The notes below the pieces were generated by a model that saw only the letters and a list, made by a program, of their open reading frames with translations, was not told where the DNA came from and ran no database searches. 64,000 nucleotides of DNA from a virus: positions 32,001-96,000 of IMG/VR virus record IMGVR_UViG_3300044911_002386. One strand, written 5' to 3'. Made by a program: the position numbers and the translations under genes. How positions within the stretch are numbered: the stretch's first letter is position 1; each line of letters opens with the position of its first letter. Of this stretch, positions 7,782-18,064 are shown one piece after another.

Positions 7782-7974
7782 TGCTCTCATCGACTATGTC
7801 GGTCAGTCGTCGAATGTCGTCTTTTGATATATTCTGGGACGAGATGCCCGCATTGGCTTCTGCTTCATCTAACTGGCTTTCAAGGTAGGCGCACCAGTTT
7901 TCGTAAGAGTCGCGATCGTCGTTGTTCTGTTCAGGCCAATACGGATCTTCAAACAGTCGATCGTTCCAACCCAT
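7681..7974 (-). CDS. hypothetical acidic protein
   Basis: 97-aa ORF in operon order. Confidence 0.45.
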   Translation of the reverse strand: MGWNDRLFEDPYWPEQNNDDRDSYENWCAYLESQLDEAEANAGISSQNISKDDIRRLTDIVDESNEKEANDNSRQPTHHQEECDSGTTGTAADCQDV

Positions 7975-7983
7975 AAAGCACCT

Positions 7984-8664
7984 TTAGGCTGAGCGGCCGA
8001 GACTATTTTGCAGTAGTTCTGCAACTTGCTTTGTCTTGCCGTTTTTAAGTTGCAGTGCTGCTAATTGCGCGGCCAGCAGTTTTGTACGCAATACAATCGT
8101 GTGGTTGATGTCTTCTGTCTTGCCCGTCTCCAAATCGTAGACGGCATTGAACATTGTAGGGTCGTCCGAGAAGTCGCCAATTGTCGGCGAGACTCGGGCG
8201 GCTCTGAGGGCAATCCGCAAGACATCAGGCGGATTGATGATGCCCTCGCTATCCAGCACGGCACCGATGTAGGCCCGTATCTCGTCCGTGAACGGCTCTG
8301 GGTCGTCGTCGTCAGGCGGGCTGATGAGGACACTTTCCGTAATCCCCCACGCCACCTCTTCGGCATCCGCCGGATTGAACACGTCCGGGCGGTACTCGTC
8401 GCCGCTCAGGACGTTGCAGAACATGATGAAGTCGGGCAGGTTTTTGTAGAACCTGTCGGTAGTCAGGATCTGAATTGCGGCAATTAACTTGTCGAAAGTT
8501 TCTTGCGGCAAGTCGACGTTAAACTCCTCTTCGACCTCAAGCGCGATGGTCGCGGGGTCCCAGGTGAGTGCCTCGGTCCCGAAGGCGTCAAGAAACAGCG
8601 TTAGCAGAACGGCTGCAAACGTCTCCTGACTTGTCCACGCTTCCTGCATTATATTTTTGACCAT
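7984..8664 (-). CDS. hypothetical protein (conserved-looking, helical)
   Basis: 226 aa, strong coding bias. Confidence 0.7.
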   Translation of the reverse strand: MVKNIMQEAWTSQETFAAVLLTLFLDAFGTEALTWDPATIALEVEEEFNVDLPQETFDKLIAAIQILTTDRFYKNLPDFIMFCNVLSGDEYRPDVFNPADAEEVAWGITESVLISPPDDDDPEPFTDEIRAYIGAVLDSEGIINPPDVLRIALRAARVSPTIGDFSDDPTMFNAVYDLETGKTEDINHTIVLRTKLLAAQLAALQLKNGKTKQVAELLQNSLGRSA

Positions 8665-9115
8665 GGAATCCGTTCCTGTTTTCGAGCATTAGAACACCCT
8701 GCCTATACAGCTCGCTTAAATTGTACCCGATTGAGATGACGGGCACGGCGGGCATACAGGTAACGTTTTCGCCGCTCTGCAGGTCAAGAAAGCCCGTATA
8801 GCCGGTCCACGTGCTGTACCGGTTGTCGGCAAACAGCAGGTGTATTAAATCCGTAGCCGGGTCAGCATTAAACACCGTACGCAATTCTGTTAAAAGCAGC
8901 GTGCGCTGTTCCGGCTGCAGAGCGGATATCCGTTCTAAGGCGTCAGCCACGAGCAGGCAAAACAAGTCTTCTTGGGCTATTTCGCTGGTATCGGCAGGCA
9001 TTGACTTTTGTAGTATTGTCGTGAAAATAGTCCTCACCTGTAACTTGCTGAAATTCAAACCAGCTGTTACCATACCCAGAGTTAACTTGTTTCTTTCTTT
9101 GGAGGTTTCTTCCAT
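8588..9115 (-). CDS. hypothetical protein
   Basis: Downstream part of ORF 8588-9334 from MEETSK; start uncertain. Confidence 0.5.
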   Translation of the reverse strand: MEETSKERNKLTLGMVTAGLNFSKLQVRTIFTTILQKSMPADTSEIAQEDLFCLLVADALERISALQPEQRTLLLTELRTVFNADPATDLIHLLFADNRYSTWTGYTGFLDLQSGENVTCMPAVPVISIGYNLSELYRQGVLMLENRNGFHGQKYNAGSVDKSGDVCSRSANAVS

Positions 9116-9389
9116 GGTCTCAATTCTCGAGGATATTTCGGTCGTCACGAACGGGCGAGCAGAATTTGTTGTGTCGGGCGCCAGCATCAAGGAACTGATG
9201 GCCGGCGACACGTCACACATCGTACTGCAGAAAGCGGCTGAGCTTGGATTAAATCGTCCCGGCGTTTCTAGCGCAAGTGGCCCGTACCCGGTAGACGCCG
9301 CCGGCAAGACCGACGATGACCTGTTAATGGGCAAGCGTGGTCCGATCAGTGGTTATCGCCGGGACTTTGTGGTGCTCGCGTCGATCTGA
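9114..9389 (+). CDS. small hypothetical protein
   Basis: GGAGG RBS at 9101-9105, then MVSILEDISVV...RRDFVVLASI (91 aa). Confidence 0.65.
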   Translation: MVSILEDISVVTNGRAEFVVSGASIKELMAGDTSHIVLQKAAELGLNRPGVSSASGPYPVDAAGKTDDDLLMGKRGPISGYRRDFVVLASI

Positions 9390-9394
9390 CCGCC

Positions 9395-9736
9395 TCACTT
9401 TTGTGCCCGCTGTTTTTCAAGTTGCGCCCGAATGTGGGGATGCTTGAGGGCGTGCGGCAGAAGTGCGGGCGGCTGCATTTCTTTTTTGCCCGTCTCGATG
9501 TTCTCTGTGTAGATATGCATCTTGTAGCCAAGAGCGTGAAACATCTTGGCGATGTCGAAGAGCGTGGGACTACCGCCCATGATATCTTCGATGTGCTTGG
9601 TTGTAAGGCGCATCTTTCTAGCCACGATGCTGTTTGACATCTTTGTGTTTAACTGCAACGTGGCAAGCCAATCAGTCGCAGTGATTTCGACGCCTACGGC
9701 ATACGTATCGCCGTCTGTAGTCGGATTACGCTTCAT
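9395..9736 (-). CDS. XRE/HipB-like helix-turn-helix protein
   Basis: MSNSIVARKMRLTTKHIEDIMGG-SPTLFDIAKMFHALGYKMHI; GAGGAGG RBS before MKRNPT. Confidence 0.6.
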   Translation of the reverse strand: MKRNPTTDGDTYAVGVEITATDWLATLQLNTKMSNSIVARKMRLTTKHIEDIMGGSPTLFDIAKMFHALGYKMHIYTENIETGKKEMQPPALLPHALKHPHIRAQLEKQRAQK

Positions 9737-9920
9737 CGTCTTCCTCCTCAAGCGGATCGCTATCAACCACTGTGTAGCGTGCCTCTCCGCCGCATTCCTC
9801 ACAGAAGGTGTTGTCGTACGGGCCGCCGGCAACAGCACCGCCGAGATCAACCCATGCATCGAACCACACCTCGCCGCCGCATTCGTCGCACCTGGCCCAC
9901 TGTCGTTTGCTGTCACTCAT
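9726..9920 (-). CDS. small Zn-ribbon protein
   Basis: CDECGG...FCEECGG. Confidence 0.65.
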   Translation of the reverse strand: MSDSKRQWARCDECGGEVWFDAWVDLGGAVAGGPYDNTFCEECGGEARYTVVDSDPLEEEDDEA

Positions 9921-10395
9921 TTTCTTCTGCGCCAAACTTTTCAATGTGAGCTAGCCGGGCAGCATAAAATTCCGCTACCATTCCGCTTACGGCACGGAAC
10001 CGCTCTAAAATATCAGTCATAACCCGCTGCTCGAATACGGCCATAACGGTCTTGTTGAACTTTTTAATAGCTTCGGTCGAGTAACCAGCACTCTTTACTT
10101 TTTCCGCGCCTGCTCGAATTGCCGGCTCTGCGTCGAGCAGCATCTGCACGTAACCAGTGCATATGAAGTCTATATTGTGCCCGTAGATATTTCGCGTCTC
10201 TAAACTTGTCGGGACGGTAAACACATACGGCCCTGGCCACGGGTCGGTATCTTTTGGATCTGCGTTCGGGTCTTTGTGCCGCAGTTTACCCAGTGACCAG
10301 CCGAACGCCTCTGCATCATCGTTGGGTGGCGGCATAACGTATGCGGCTGCCGGCTTTTTTTCTGCGTCTTTCTTTTTGAGCGTATGCTTTTTCAT
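9913..10395 (-). CDS. hypothetical protein
   Basis: 160-aa ORF in operon order. Confidence 0.6.
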   Translation of the reverse strand: MKKHTLKKKDAEKKPAAAYVMPPPNDDAEAFGWSLGKLRHKDPNADPKDTDPWPGPYVFTVPTSLETRNIYGHNIDFICTGYVQMLLDAEPAIRAGAEKVKSAGYSTEAIKKFNKTVMAVFEQRVMTDILERFRAVSGMVAEFYAARLAHIEKFGAEENE

Positions 10396-10437
10396 TTGCT
10401 GATATCTAAGGAAAAGGCCCGATAGTTAAACACACAT

Positions 10438-10516
10438 ACCCTACCTAGTGGCGGACGACCAGAGCACTGCACCTTTTTGGGGTGGAGTGTCCGGGCGTCA
10501 TCGCCACTAGACAGGG
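10438..10516. other. long imperfect intergenic hairpin
   Basis: CCCT/AGGG, CTAGTGGCG/CGCCACTAG, GACG/CGTC, CACT/AGTG and CACC/GGTG nested pairings. Confidence 0.6.
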
Positions 10517-10522
10517 ATTGTT

Positions 10523-10930
10523 CTACGTCAAAGACGCAACTGACGCCACGTAGGCGTCGTAGGCTGCTCGCGCGTGGCCGCCGTACAACGGAATCGTGGG
10601 GCTGTCGTCGTCATCGGACATCGCCATCTCGCCTCGGATAGAGGCTGCCACGTACTCGTGAAAGTACACGGCGAAGAGACCGCGTTTGTTGTTCTCGACC
10701 GATTCGAGAACTTGCTCTTTCCAGAAGTGCACGCGGCACTTCTTATCGGCGAGAGAGTTCGTCGACCAGCGATCGAACGCTTCGTCGTGATTGAGCATAA
10801 TGACGCTTTCGATGGTATGGATGGCATCTTCCGCCACCACCTGAAAGGTCGGATGTCGGCCGATTCGTCCTTGAATCGCCGCCCAGGTCTGTTCAACTTC
10901 CCTGTTATCCAAAACGAGATGAGACATCAC
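10523..10930 (-). CDS. hypothetical protein
   Basis: 135 aa, GGGAGAG RBS, downstream of the promoter motif. Confidence 0.65.
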   Translation of the reverse strand: MMSHLVLDNREVEQTWAAIQGRIGRHPTFQVVAEDAIHTIESVIMLNHDEAFDRWSTNSLADKKCRVHFWKEQVLESVENNKRGLFAVYFHEYVAASIRGEMAMSDDDDSPTIPLYGGHARAAYDAYVASVASLT

Positions 10931-10990
10931 ACTCTCCCAGTGAGATGAGAACCGAACAATGCCCGTTGATACCGAACAACGGGAACAATT

Positions 10991-11019
10991 AATATGCCGC
11001 GATTCTGGGAGAAATTTAG
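10991..11019 (-). promoter_or_regulatory. promoter motif CTAAAT-N15-GGCATATT (copy 1)
   Basis: Identical boxes and spacing recur at 50543-50571 and 51359-51387, all intergenic and upstream of minus-strand genes. Confidence 0.8.
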
Positions 11020-11026
11020 CGGCGTA

Positions 11027-11329
11027 CTAGAAGGTCAACTGCACGGTTTGCCCGGCACCGTTGACGTAAAGAATGCGCACTTGCTGTGCGTCTAACTTTT
11101 GCCGGATAAGTGCTTTCTTATCCGGGCTTAAACCTGAAAGGCACGTTTTTATCGTTGCCATTTCTCGGCGGTATTTTTCTTGTCTTTTACGAGCACACGA
11201 ACTGCACCCGCCGGCTCCGGGCCTGAACACTTCTCTCTTGTTGTATAAGCACGGAATCTGCGTAGAAAACTCTACGTCATTAACTAATGACATAATCAGA
11301 CTGTCGTCGAGTACAACGAGCGGGCGCAT
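11027..11329 (-). CDS. small CxxC protein
   Basis: GGCSSCARK; last gene of the tail-fibre operon. Confidence 0.6.
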   Translation of the reverse strand: MRPLVVLDDSLIMSLVNDVEFSTQIPCLYNKREVFRPGAGGCSSCARKRQEKYRREMATIKTCLSGLSPDKKALIRQKLDAQQVRILYVNGAGQTVQLTF

Positions 11330-11339
11330 GTGTTGAATC

Positions 11340-11759
11340 CTACGGTGGCGGGTTTCCGATCCACGTCATTCCGCCCGGTAACAAATTATCCGAGACGTCC
11401 AGTGTATCCTTCAACGCGTTTACGTCGGCCGTGACGTCGCGAATAAAGGCGTCTACTTCTTCCCTAGACCGCAACAACACATCTACGTACGGCAGCCGAA
11501 ACCAGGCTGGCCGCACGTTGGGGATCGGGTCATCCTCGGGGTACTCTTCCAGATCCACAGCCGAGCACACATGATCGAACGCCCCGACGCGAAAATCGTC
11601 GCCCGGCCGAACTGGCATCAGCATGTAAGCGAATATCTTTGTTGGCATAAGGTTCGCATTGCTGGCAGTAATGCGTACGCGAATACCGTTGCCGTCCGTA
11701 GAACTGGCGTAATATCGGCTCACCTGCCACGTTAATTTAATTCTGCGTGCTGTAGGCAT
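11340..11759 (-). CDS. hypothetical protein (fibre operon)
   Basis: 139 aa, tightly packed. Confidence 0.65.
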   Translation of the reverse strand: MPTARRIKLTWQVSRYYASSTDGNGIRVRITASNANLMPTKIFAYMLMPVRPGDDFRVGAFDHVCSAVDLEEYPEDDPIPNVRPAWFRLPYVDVLLRSREEVDAFIRDVTADVNALKDTLDVSDNLLPGGMTWIGNPPP

Positions 11760-11761
11760 CG

Positions 11762-12145
11762 TTAGGCTATGAACTCGTATTTTTGCGGATTAGTTTCGCC
11801 GGCTTTGGCAAAATAGATGCTGACGCATGTTTGTTGACCGGGCAGCACCGGCCGACCGTTAACATATTCTACAAATGTTTGCACCACGCCGACGTCTGTG
11901 GTTTTTGCCTGCTCTAAAAGCATTATAAACTGTTCAATGCACGGCAGCATGTGTTGAATGTTTCCGCCACAGCCACAACTACTTTTTTGTTTTGACTGCG
12001 CGTATTGCTCGCGACAAGTTGCCACATCTGGCAACAATGGCTGGAAGCCTGGATTTTTTTCGTAGAACGAGTCATCCAGTAAATACCGTAAAATGTTGTC
12101 GCGGGAGATAGAAATGCTTGTGGTTATGTGTGACATTTTTGGCAC
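11762..12145 (-). CDS. small Cys-containing protein, probable paralog of 11027-11329
   Basis: SSCGCGG; similar N- and C-terminal layout. Confidence 0.6.
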   Translation of the reverse strand: MPKMSHITTSISISRDNILRYLLDDSFYEKNPGFQPLLPDVATCREQYAQSKQKSSCGCGGNIQHMLPCIEQFIMLLEQAKTTDVGVVQTFVEYVNGRPVLPGQQTCVSIYFAKAGETNPQKYEFIA

Positions 12146-12198
12146 CTAGTGGGGATCAAATTTTGTCGGCAATTTGCCTGCCTGTCAACGCAGCCGCA

Positions 12199-15100
12199 TC
12201 AAACGTTGCGGATAGCAGTCCGTAATGCCGCATTCGTATTAATTGCGACAATTAACTGCGCCAAGAAATCCGCTGTTAACATTGCTCCGCCGGTGGGACC
12301 TGTAGACCCGGTAATACCCTGCTCGCCTGGGGCACCGGGAGGCCCGCATAAACCTGTCGGCCCAGTCACGCCAGTTAAGCCTGTGACGCCTGTTGTGCCT
12401 TTGTCGCCCTTTGGACCCGTCAGCCCTGTTACGCCCGTTACGCCTAATCCTGCAGGCCCTGTGGCTCCTGTAACGCCCGTCAGCCCAGGCACACCCTGCA
12501 GGCCTAATCCTGACGGTCCGGTAGCCCCGGGCGAGCCAGACGGGCCTGTAGACCCTGGCGGGCCAGATGGGCCTGTAGCCCCTGTACGACCAGTTGGGCC
12601 GGTGCTGCCAGTAACACCCTTTTCGCCCCTGTCGCCCTTTGTACCCCTATCGCCTTTGGAGCCGCTTGGGCCTGTACCGCCGCTGGCGCCGCTCGGGCCA
12701 CGCCCGCCGCTTGGGCCTGTGCCGCCGGTGGCGCCGCTTGGGCCGTCTGGCCCCGTAGGTCCAGTTGGACCTGTGACGCCTGTAATACCTGTAACACCCG
12801 TGACTCCTGACGGGCCTTCGGCGCCGGTTGGGCCTGTAACCCCCGTCATCCCCATAAGGCCCGGAGAGCCGTCGAAACCGCGTGGGCCGCCCAGACCAAT
12901 AGGGCCGCTGGGGCCGCTAAGACCTGTAGCGCCCGTTACACCTGTCATGCCGCTCGGGCCGGTCATGCCCGTCATACCGTCTAAGCCGTTATTACCCGGC
13001 TGCCCGGGTGGCCCCTGAAAACCTGTTACGCCGGTTACACCGGTAATACCAGTCGGACCTGTAACGCCGGTAATACCTTTGTCGCCCTGCTCACCTTTTT
13101 CTCCCTTCGGCCCCGTCGGTCCCGTAATCGGCTCCGGACAATCGCCGCCACTAGAACCACCACCGCTACCACCACCGCTACCGCCACCGGTGTCGCTGTC
13201 AGGTTCCGGGCAAGTCGTAGTTTGAAAATTTAAATCTAAGTCAATGAAAGTCATGCCGCTTTCTTCGACAAATTTTATTTCACCAGTACCGATACCCTCT
13301 GGAGTTATTGTGACTTTCCCGCCACGTAATGCCTTTGGTTTAATTTTTAACTTTGGCTTATACGTTAACGAATTGCCGCCGCCACTGCCGCAGCCGCCGC
13401 CATCAGTCGTGGCCTCTAGTTTGATGTACTCGACTGGGTTGTAAACGCCGCCGACAAGCCCCGTCCCGCCGCCGATCTGGTAACCCACATATTCAGTTTC
13501 TTGCGGCTCAAAAACTGGAAGTTCAATATTTAATCTGATGTACGGCGCAATCCAGTATTTGCACTTGTCATACTGGTCACGCACGACGGCGATTGCCGCT
13601 TTATGCTGCCCGCCGGGAGACGCCGAGCCTTTTTTGTGATAGCAAATAACGACGCGCTGGTTCTCTGGCCCGACGCCGGTTTTCTGCCCTGTGAAGTCGT
13701 ACTCAATTGTCGTTTTGCAAAACGGCAGATTAAGTTGCAGACCAATGTTGTAGTTGCAGTAATATCCTGGATTGGTGGCTGACGTTACTGTCAACTGGCC
13801 TGTCGGATTTTGGTCCGGATCAATTTTTCTGATTATGACCGGCCCCGGCGAGATAGTCGGGCACGGCGGCTTCGGAATGCGAATGTCTATCGACAAGTAG
13901 AAATCAAAGTTGCATTCGTCTACTTCGCAGTCTTTGACGATAGGTCGTTTGACAATTCGAAAGTCTAGGTTTGTGTTATTTTCATACGACGCGTTAAGCC
14001 GACTTGAAATAACGTTTAACGTCGGGCACGGTGGTTTTGGCAAGGCAATGGATACACCTAGACCAAATTCAAATACGCAGATCGGCGGTGTTTTGCACGT
14101 GGCGGGAATGTTGCGGGATACGATGTAAAACGCTGAAGCATTACCGTTGCCAAAACTTCTGGCATTCGGTAATGACATAACCGCTGATTGGTTTGCCGCC
14201 GCGCATGTTGAGCCTGCATATGCACCGGCGGCAAAGTTTGACGACACTACAAACGCGGGGCACACCGGCCCGATCAGCGGAATGTATATCTCTAATTCAA
14301 TATCAAAAATACACTGCCCAGGATCATTACAGGTGGGCTCAGTGTGGTTTGGCGTAATCGCGAATTTGTTTTGTTTAGTAATGCAGCCGCCGTAATTTAC
14401 GTAGCCGCTGTCCACGCTAAATTTTTTGACGTTTAACTGCGGGCATCGTGGCACCGGAATAGGTATGTCAATAATAAGTTCGACGTCAAACGTACACTGA
14501 CCCGGCCCATCACACGTGGGCTCAGTGTGTCTTGGTGTAATTGAAAATTTAGTGTTCTCTTTTTTGCAACCCGGTTTATTGAAATACGAATTTACCTTGG
14601 CGGGCAAGACATTAAATTGCGGGCATGGCGGCAGCGGTATCGGAATGTCGATGACCAGCTCGACCTCGAAATCGCAACGGCCCGGGTCGTCGCATGTTGC
14701 CGGACTTTGCCGGACCGGATAAATGCGAAACTTGTTTTCTCTTACCGGGCACTCTGGCCGGTCTATATGCGGATTTACAGTAAACTCTGTAACGGTTATT
14801 TCGGGGCACGGGATGCGTGGAATTGGTACGTTGATGTAGACTTCGACATCAAAGATGCACGCGTTTGGATCTTTACAACTTGAGGCAGTTGCTGGACTAA
14901 ACGTGGCGGCATCTGTCCCGAGCGTAAAGTTTTCAACAACGTTTAACTCGAACAATTTTGATTTGTTCGTCAGTCCGTCAGCGACTAAAAACTGGCGATA
15001 GTTGTTCGTTAGAAAATCTGCTGAACTATTTAAATACTCTACACGTGTTATGACGTTAAACGGATCACCGCCAGTTGCTTTTGTATAATCGACAACGTAT

Positions 15101-16311
15101 ACGCCGGCTCTGTGGTTGTCGCTAACGACTGTGCCCGCGCCGCCCGGGTTTGTGTTTTTTGGCGTCCAGATAAACACTTCGTCTTGATTTAAAACAACGC
15201 CATCGGCCGTTATTTTATTGGTGACATTATTAAGCAGGTAGACGCTATCTTTTGCTTTAACTGGTGTCGCGGTGGCGGCTGAGCCGCTATTGCGGCGTGC
15301 AATGCTAAATTTGTTTTCTTTAATCGTGCAACCAGTAACCGAGTCATCACCGACAAAATATGTGCTGACGCCGAAATCAAGAAGATTGAACTCAGGGCAC
15401 GGTATCCGCGGAATCGGTACCTCGATGACCAGTTCGACATCAAATATGCACTGGCCGGGGTCGTTGCAATTTTGCGGTTCAATGTGCCGAGGAATGATTC
15501 GAAATTTGTTGTTGTTAGCGCCGCTACCACAAATATCGTCTGGGTCGTTCGGGTCATAAAAATATGTGTCAACGTTGAACTCTGTGACCGAGATTATCGG
15601 GCACTTAATTCTCGGAACCGGGATATTGATAGCGAGCTCAACGTCAAAAATACATCGACCCGGGTCGTTACAGTTTTGCGGCTCTTCATGCCGCGGCGTA
15701 ATAAAGAAGACGTTATTAATTTTGCAGGCGTCAGAATTTTCGTCTTCAAAATACGTATTGACCCTGAACCGATTTAAACTGAACTCAGGGCATTTGAGAC
15801 GCGGAATAGGTATGTTGATGTCCAACACAATGTCGAACGTGCATTGCCCGGGGTCGCTACAGGTAGGAGGCGTGTGCCGTCGGTTAATTGTTAGCGTGCT
15901 TGTCTTAGCCGGGCAATTTGAGTTGTCAACGAAGTAAACCGACTGCGACGTGGGAGCGATATTAATCTGCGGGCACGGAATGTTTGGTACCGGAACATTG
16001 ATGTCTAAGTTAATTTCATATTCGCACGGATTTGTTTCTTTGCTCGGTCGCGTAATTGTGAGCAAAGCTCGCGGAGTATTGTCGCACCCAGCTGCGGCGG
16101 TCGCGACGCGAATCGTAGATTCGGCTGTAAATTCTGGGCATTGGAAATCAGGCGTACGCGGCACGATTGGCAACACGCACTCAAAGATCGGCGGCGGTGT
16201 CGGCGCGATACGACAATCTTGAATAAAGTCAAAATTGACTTTTGGTACCGGCGCCACTTGGCAGTCGGGATCAGACTCTACAAAAAGATTGTCGGATGTG
16301 TTGTCAGCCAT
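12199..16311 (-). CDS. collagen-like fibre protein with ~10 Cys-rich repeats
   Basis: G-X-Y tract at ~12288-13123; repeats of CxDPGxCxFDVELxIxIPIPxxxCP. Confidence 0.85.
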   Translation of the reverse strand: MADNTSDNLFVESDPDCQVAPVPKVNFDFIQDCRIAPTPPPIFECVLPIVPRTPDFQCPEFTAESTIRVATAAAGCDNTPRALLTITRPSKETNPCEYEINLDINVPVPNIPCPQINIAPTSQSVYFVDNSNCPAKTSTLTINRRHTPPTCSDPGQCTFDIVLDINIPIPRLKCPEFSLNRFRVNTYFEDENSDACKINNVFFITPRHEEPQNCNDPGRCIFDVELAINIPVPRIKCPIISVTEFNVDTYFYDPNDPDDICGSGANNNKFRIIPRHIEPQNCNDPGQCIFDVELVIEVPIPRIPCPEFNLLDFGVSTYFVGDDSVTGCTIKENKFSIARRNSGSAATATPVKAKDSVYLLNNVTNKITADGVVLNQDEVFIWTPKNTNPGGAGTVVSDNHRAGVYVVDYTKATGGDPFNVITRVEYLNSSADFLTNNYRQFLVADGLTNKSKLFELNVVENFTLGTDAATFSPATASSCKDPNACIFDVEVYINVPIPRIPCPEITVTEFTVNPHIDRPECPVRENKFRIYPVRQSPATCDDPGRCDFEVELVIDIPIPLPPCPQFNVLPAKVNSYFNKPGCKKENTKFSITPRHTEPTCDGPGQCTFDVELIIDIPIPVPRCPQLNVKKFSVDSGYVNYGGCITKQNKFAITPNHTEPTCNDPGQCIFDIELEIYIPLIGPVCPAFVVSSNFAAGAYAGSTCAAANQSAVMSLPNARSFGNGNASAFYIVSRNIPATCKTPPICVFEFGLGVSIALPKPPCPTLNVISSRLNASYENNTNLDFRIVKRPIVKDCEVDECNFDFYLSIDIRIPKPPCPTISPGPVIIRKIDPDQNPTGQLTVTSATNPGYYCNYNIGLQLNLPFCKTTIEYDFTGQKTGVGPENQRVVICYHKKGSASPGGQHKAAIAVVRDQYDKCKYWIAPYIRLNIELPVFEPQETEYVGYQIGGGTGLVGGVYNPVEYIKLEATTDGGGCGSGGGNSLTYKPKLKIKPKALRGGKVTITPEGIGTGEIKFVEESGMTFIDLDLNFQTTTCPEPDSDTGGGSGGGSGGGSSGGDCPEPITGPTGPKGEKGEQGDKGITGVTGPTGITGVTGVTGFQGPPGQPGNNGLDGMTGMTGPSGMTGVTGATGLSGPSGPIGLGGPRGFDGSPGLMGMTGVTGPTGAEGPSGVTGVTGITGVTGPTGPTGPDGPSGATGGTGPSGGRGPSGASGGTGPSGSKGDRGTKGDRGEKGVTGSTGPTGRTGATGPSGPPGSTGPSGSPGATGPSGLGLQGVPGLTGVTGATGPAGLGVTGVTGLTGPKGDKGTTGVTGLTGVTGPTGLCGPPGAPGEQGITGSTGPTGGAMLTADFLAQLIVAINTNAALRTAIRNV
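12288..13123 (-). repeat. collagen (Gly-X-Y)n coding repeat, Thr-rich
   Basis: [25 protein letters not shown]...GSTGPTG with few interruptions. Confidence 0.9.
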
Positions 16312-16314
16312 GAT

Positions 16315-17229
16315 TTAACAGTTGCCGGCGTTATTGATATTTCTTGTGATCGTAATTTTTGGTGGATCAGTTTGCGTGGCAATATTTATACCTTGCCCAC
16401 CAAGAAGTGTCACGTTGGGACCACTTAGGCCGTTTAAAGTAAAAATCAAATCGTCACACGCCGGGCCATTAGTAAAAAACTTACCTGTGGCTATCTCGCC
16501 CGCGAAAAGCGGCAACTCACTGCCGTTAGCGCATAACTCTGCGTCTGTCGGCATTCCGGCGCCTATGGCGGCACCAATTCTTAACTCGTTAGTCCAGCTC
16601 GGCTGACGAATGCTGCAATTGTAACCCTCTTTAAATTTTACATCTCCGGTGAGGCAGAGTTTATTTAGTACCACGTCCGGGACAGGCGCGGTATCGTCGT
16701 CGCCGCACGCCGGGATAAATGTCCGCTCGTAGTTCCCGACGTTTATTGTGCGGACATAACCTTTGTTTAAGTTCTGTATTCGCGCGGGCTCTATTTGCTG
16801 TTCGTTTTGTGCAAATGTTTTAACGCTATCGACGGGCACATCGGCCGCGAGTGCTTGCAACGGCCCCGTAACGATAAAGCCTTCCCAGACTGGGTCATAA
16901 TTTTCTTCACACGATACGGCGTTGTCCGCCGTGCGGGCCAAGCTCGCACTTTCTCCGTACACAATAGCCCACTCGTTGCTGCTGCTCGGGCATGTGAACG
17001 TTAGTGGGGTGGCATGCGCGTTCGTCCGGAACGTAAACGTAAACTGCATTGCGGTGCGGGCCACTTGGGCGAGCCACACAGTATGCAAAGATTCTTCGAA
17101 CTGGCTATCAATTCTCATGATAAAACCAGCATCAACGACTGCACTTTCCGGCAGCCTGGGTTCGCCGGGCCTAAAAATAAATGGGTAAGCCCGATGCTCG
17201 TTGTCGTTGTAAAAACCTGGTTGCGGCAT
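16315..17229 (-). CDS. putative baseplate/fibre structural protein (YP(F/L) paralog family)
   Basis: N-terminal NEHRAYPF; C-terminal FTLNGLSG. Confidence 0.6.
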   Translation of the reverse strand: MPQPGFYNDNEHRAYPFIFRPGEPRLPESAVVDAGFIMRIDSQFEESLHTVWLAQVARTAMQFTFTFRTNAHATPLTFTCPSSSNEWAIVYGESASLARTADNAVSCEENYDPVWEGFIVTGPLQALAADVPVDSVKTFAQNEQQIEPARIQNLNKGYVRTINVGNYERTFIPACGDDDTAPVPDVVLNKLCLTGDVKFKEGYNCSIRQPSWTNELRIGAAIGAGMPTDAELCANGSELPLFAGEIATGKFFTNGPACDDLIFTLNGLSGPNVTLLGGQGINIATQTDPPKITITRNINNAGNC

Positions 17230-18059
17230 TAGCTCACCTGCGGACCAACGGTGTCAAAATTAATGGCGTCGCCCGTGGGGTATATCCGAACAACTGTATG
17301 CGGGTTTTTCTCGCTCGCCACATGCGAGATATTACCCGTGGCTGTAAACGTAAAATTACCGTACTCGTCAGCGCCGCAACCGTTGATAGTGCGTAAAAAC
17401 TTTTTTGGCGGAAAAGACGTCAGCGGGGCACACACAAAACGTTTAAATAACGGCACGCCTACGACATCAACACGAATTGTGTTAGCACCCTCAACACGCA
17501 GTACAACGCCAGCGTTACCAATCAGCCATACGTCGCCAGTGCTTATCTCGGGTGATGACGACGCTGTGATAGCCCGTACGCCGGGTTCTTGTGCCGGCAC
17601 TGATACGCTGGCAACAAACTCTGCTGTTGCGGCATTAAACCTGTGCTCGCCAGCCGGCCACGCCGCGAGGTCTACAAGTGGCGTCACTTCTTTTATGGTG
17701 CCGGCCGCGTCACGAACCGTTGGTGCCGCCACGAGCAAGCCCGCAGGCCGCCCGTACGTGTCGACAAAATTTAATACCCCGCTGTCCGGTGGCGAGGCAG
17801 AGGCATAGGTCGCAGTAAATTTTCTATCAGCACCGCTGTCGCCTATTGTGACGGTGACTGTTTGCGTCGTAACGATTACTGCAGATAAATACAGCCCGAC
17901 GTTCGTGCCAATACCAAAAAAAGACGCGTCTAAAAACAAATCGGTCGGCAGTCTAATGCCGGTGTTTATTGCAAGCAGTGTGACGTGATCGGCAAACGGA
18001 TACTTTGAATCCGCCTGCTCGTCCCGAAACTGTGGGAATAGAATACGTGCGCTAGACAT
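17229..18059 (-). CDS. putative baseplate/fibre structural protein (YP(F/L) paralog family)
   Basis: DSKYPFAD; LRTINGCGADEYGNF. Confidence 0.6.
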   Translation of the reverse strand: MSSARILFPQFRDEQADSKYPFADHVTLLAINTGIRLPTDLFLDASFFGIGTNVGLYLSAVIVTTQTVTVTIGDSGADRKFTATYASASPPDSGVLNFVDTYGRPAGLLVAAPTVRDAAGTIKEVTPLVDLAAWPAGEHRFNAATAEFVASVSVPAQEPGVRAITASSSPEISTGDVWLIGNAGVVLRVEGANTIRVDVVGVPLFKRFVCAPLTSFPPKKFLRTINGCGADEYGNFTFTATGNISHVASEKNPHTVVRIYPTGDAINFDTVGPQVS

Positions 18060-18064
18060 TGGTT

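Noticed and set aside
12149-13018. Pro-rich 289-aa plus-strand ORF
   Set aside because: Antisense mirror of the collagen Gly-X-Y codons.
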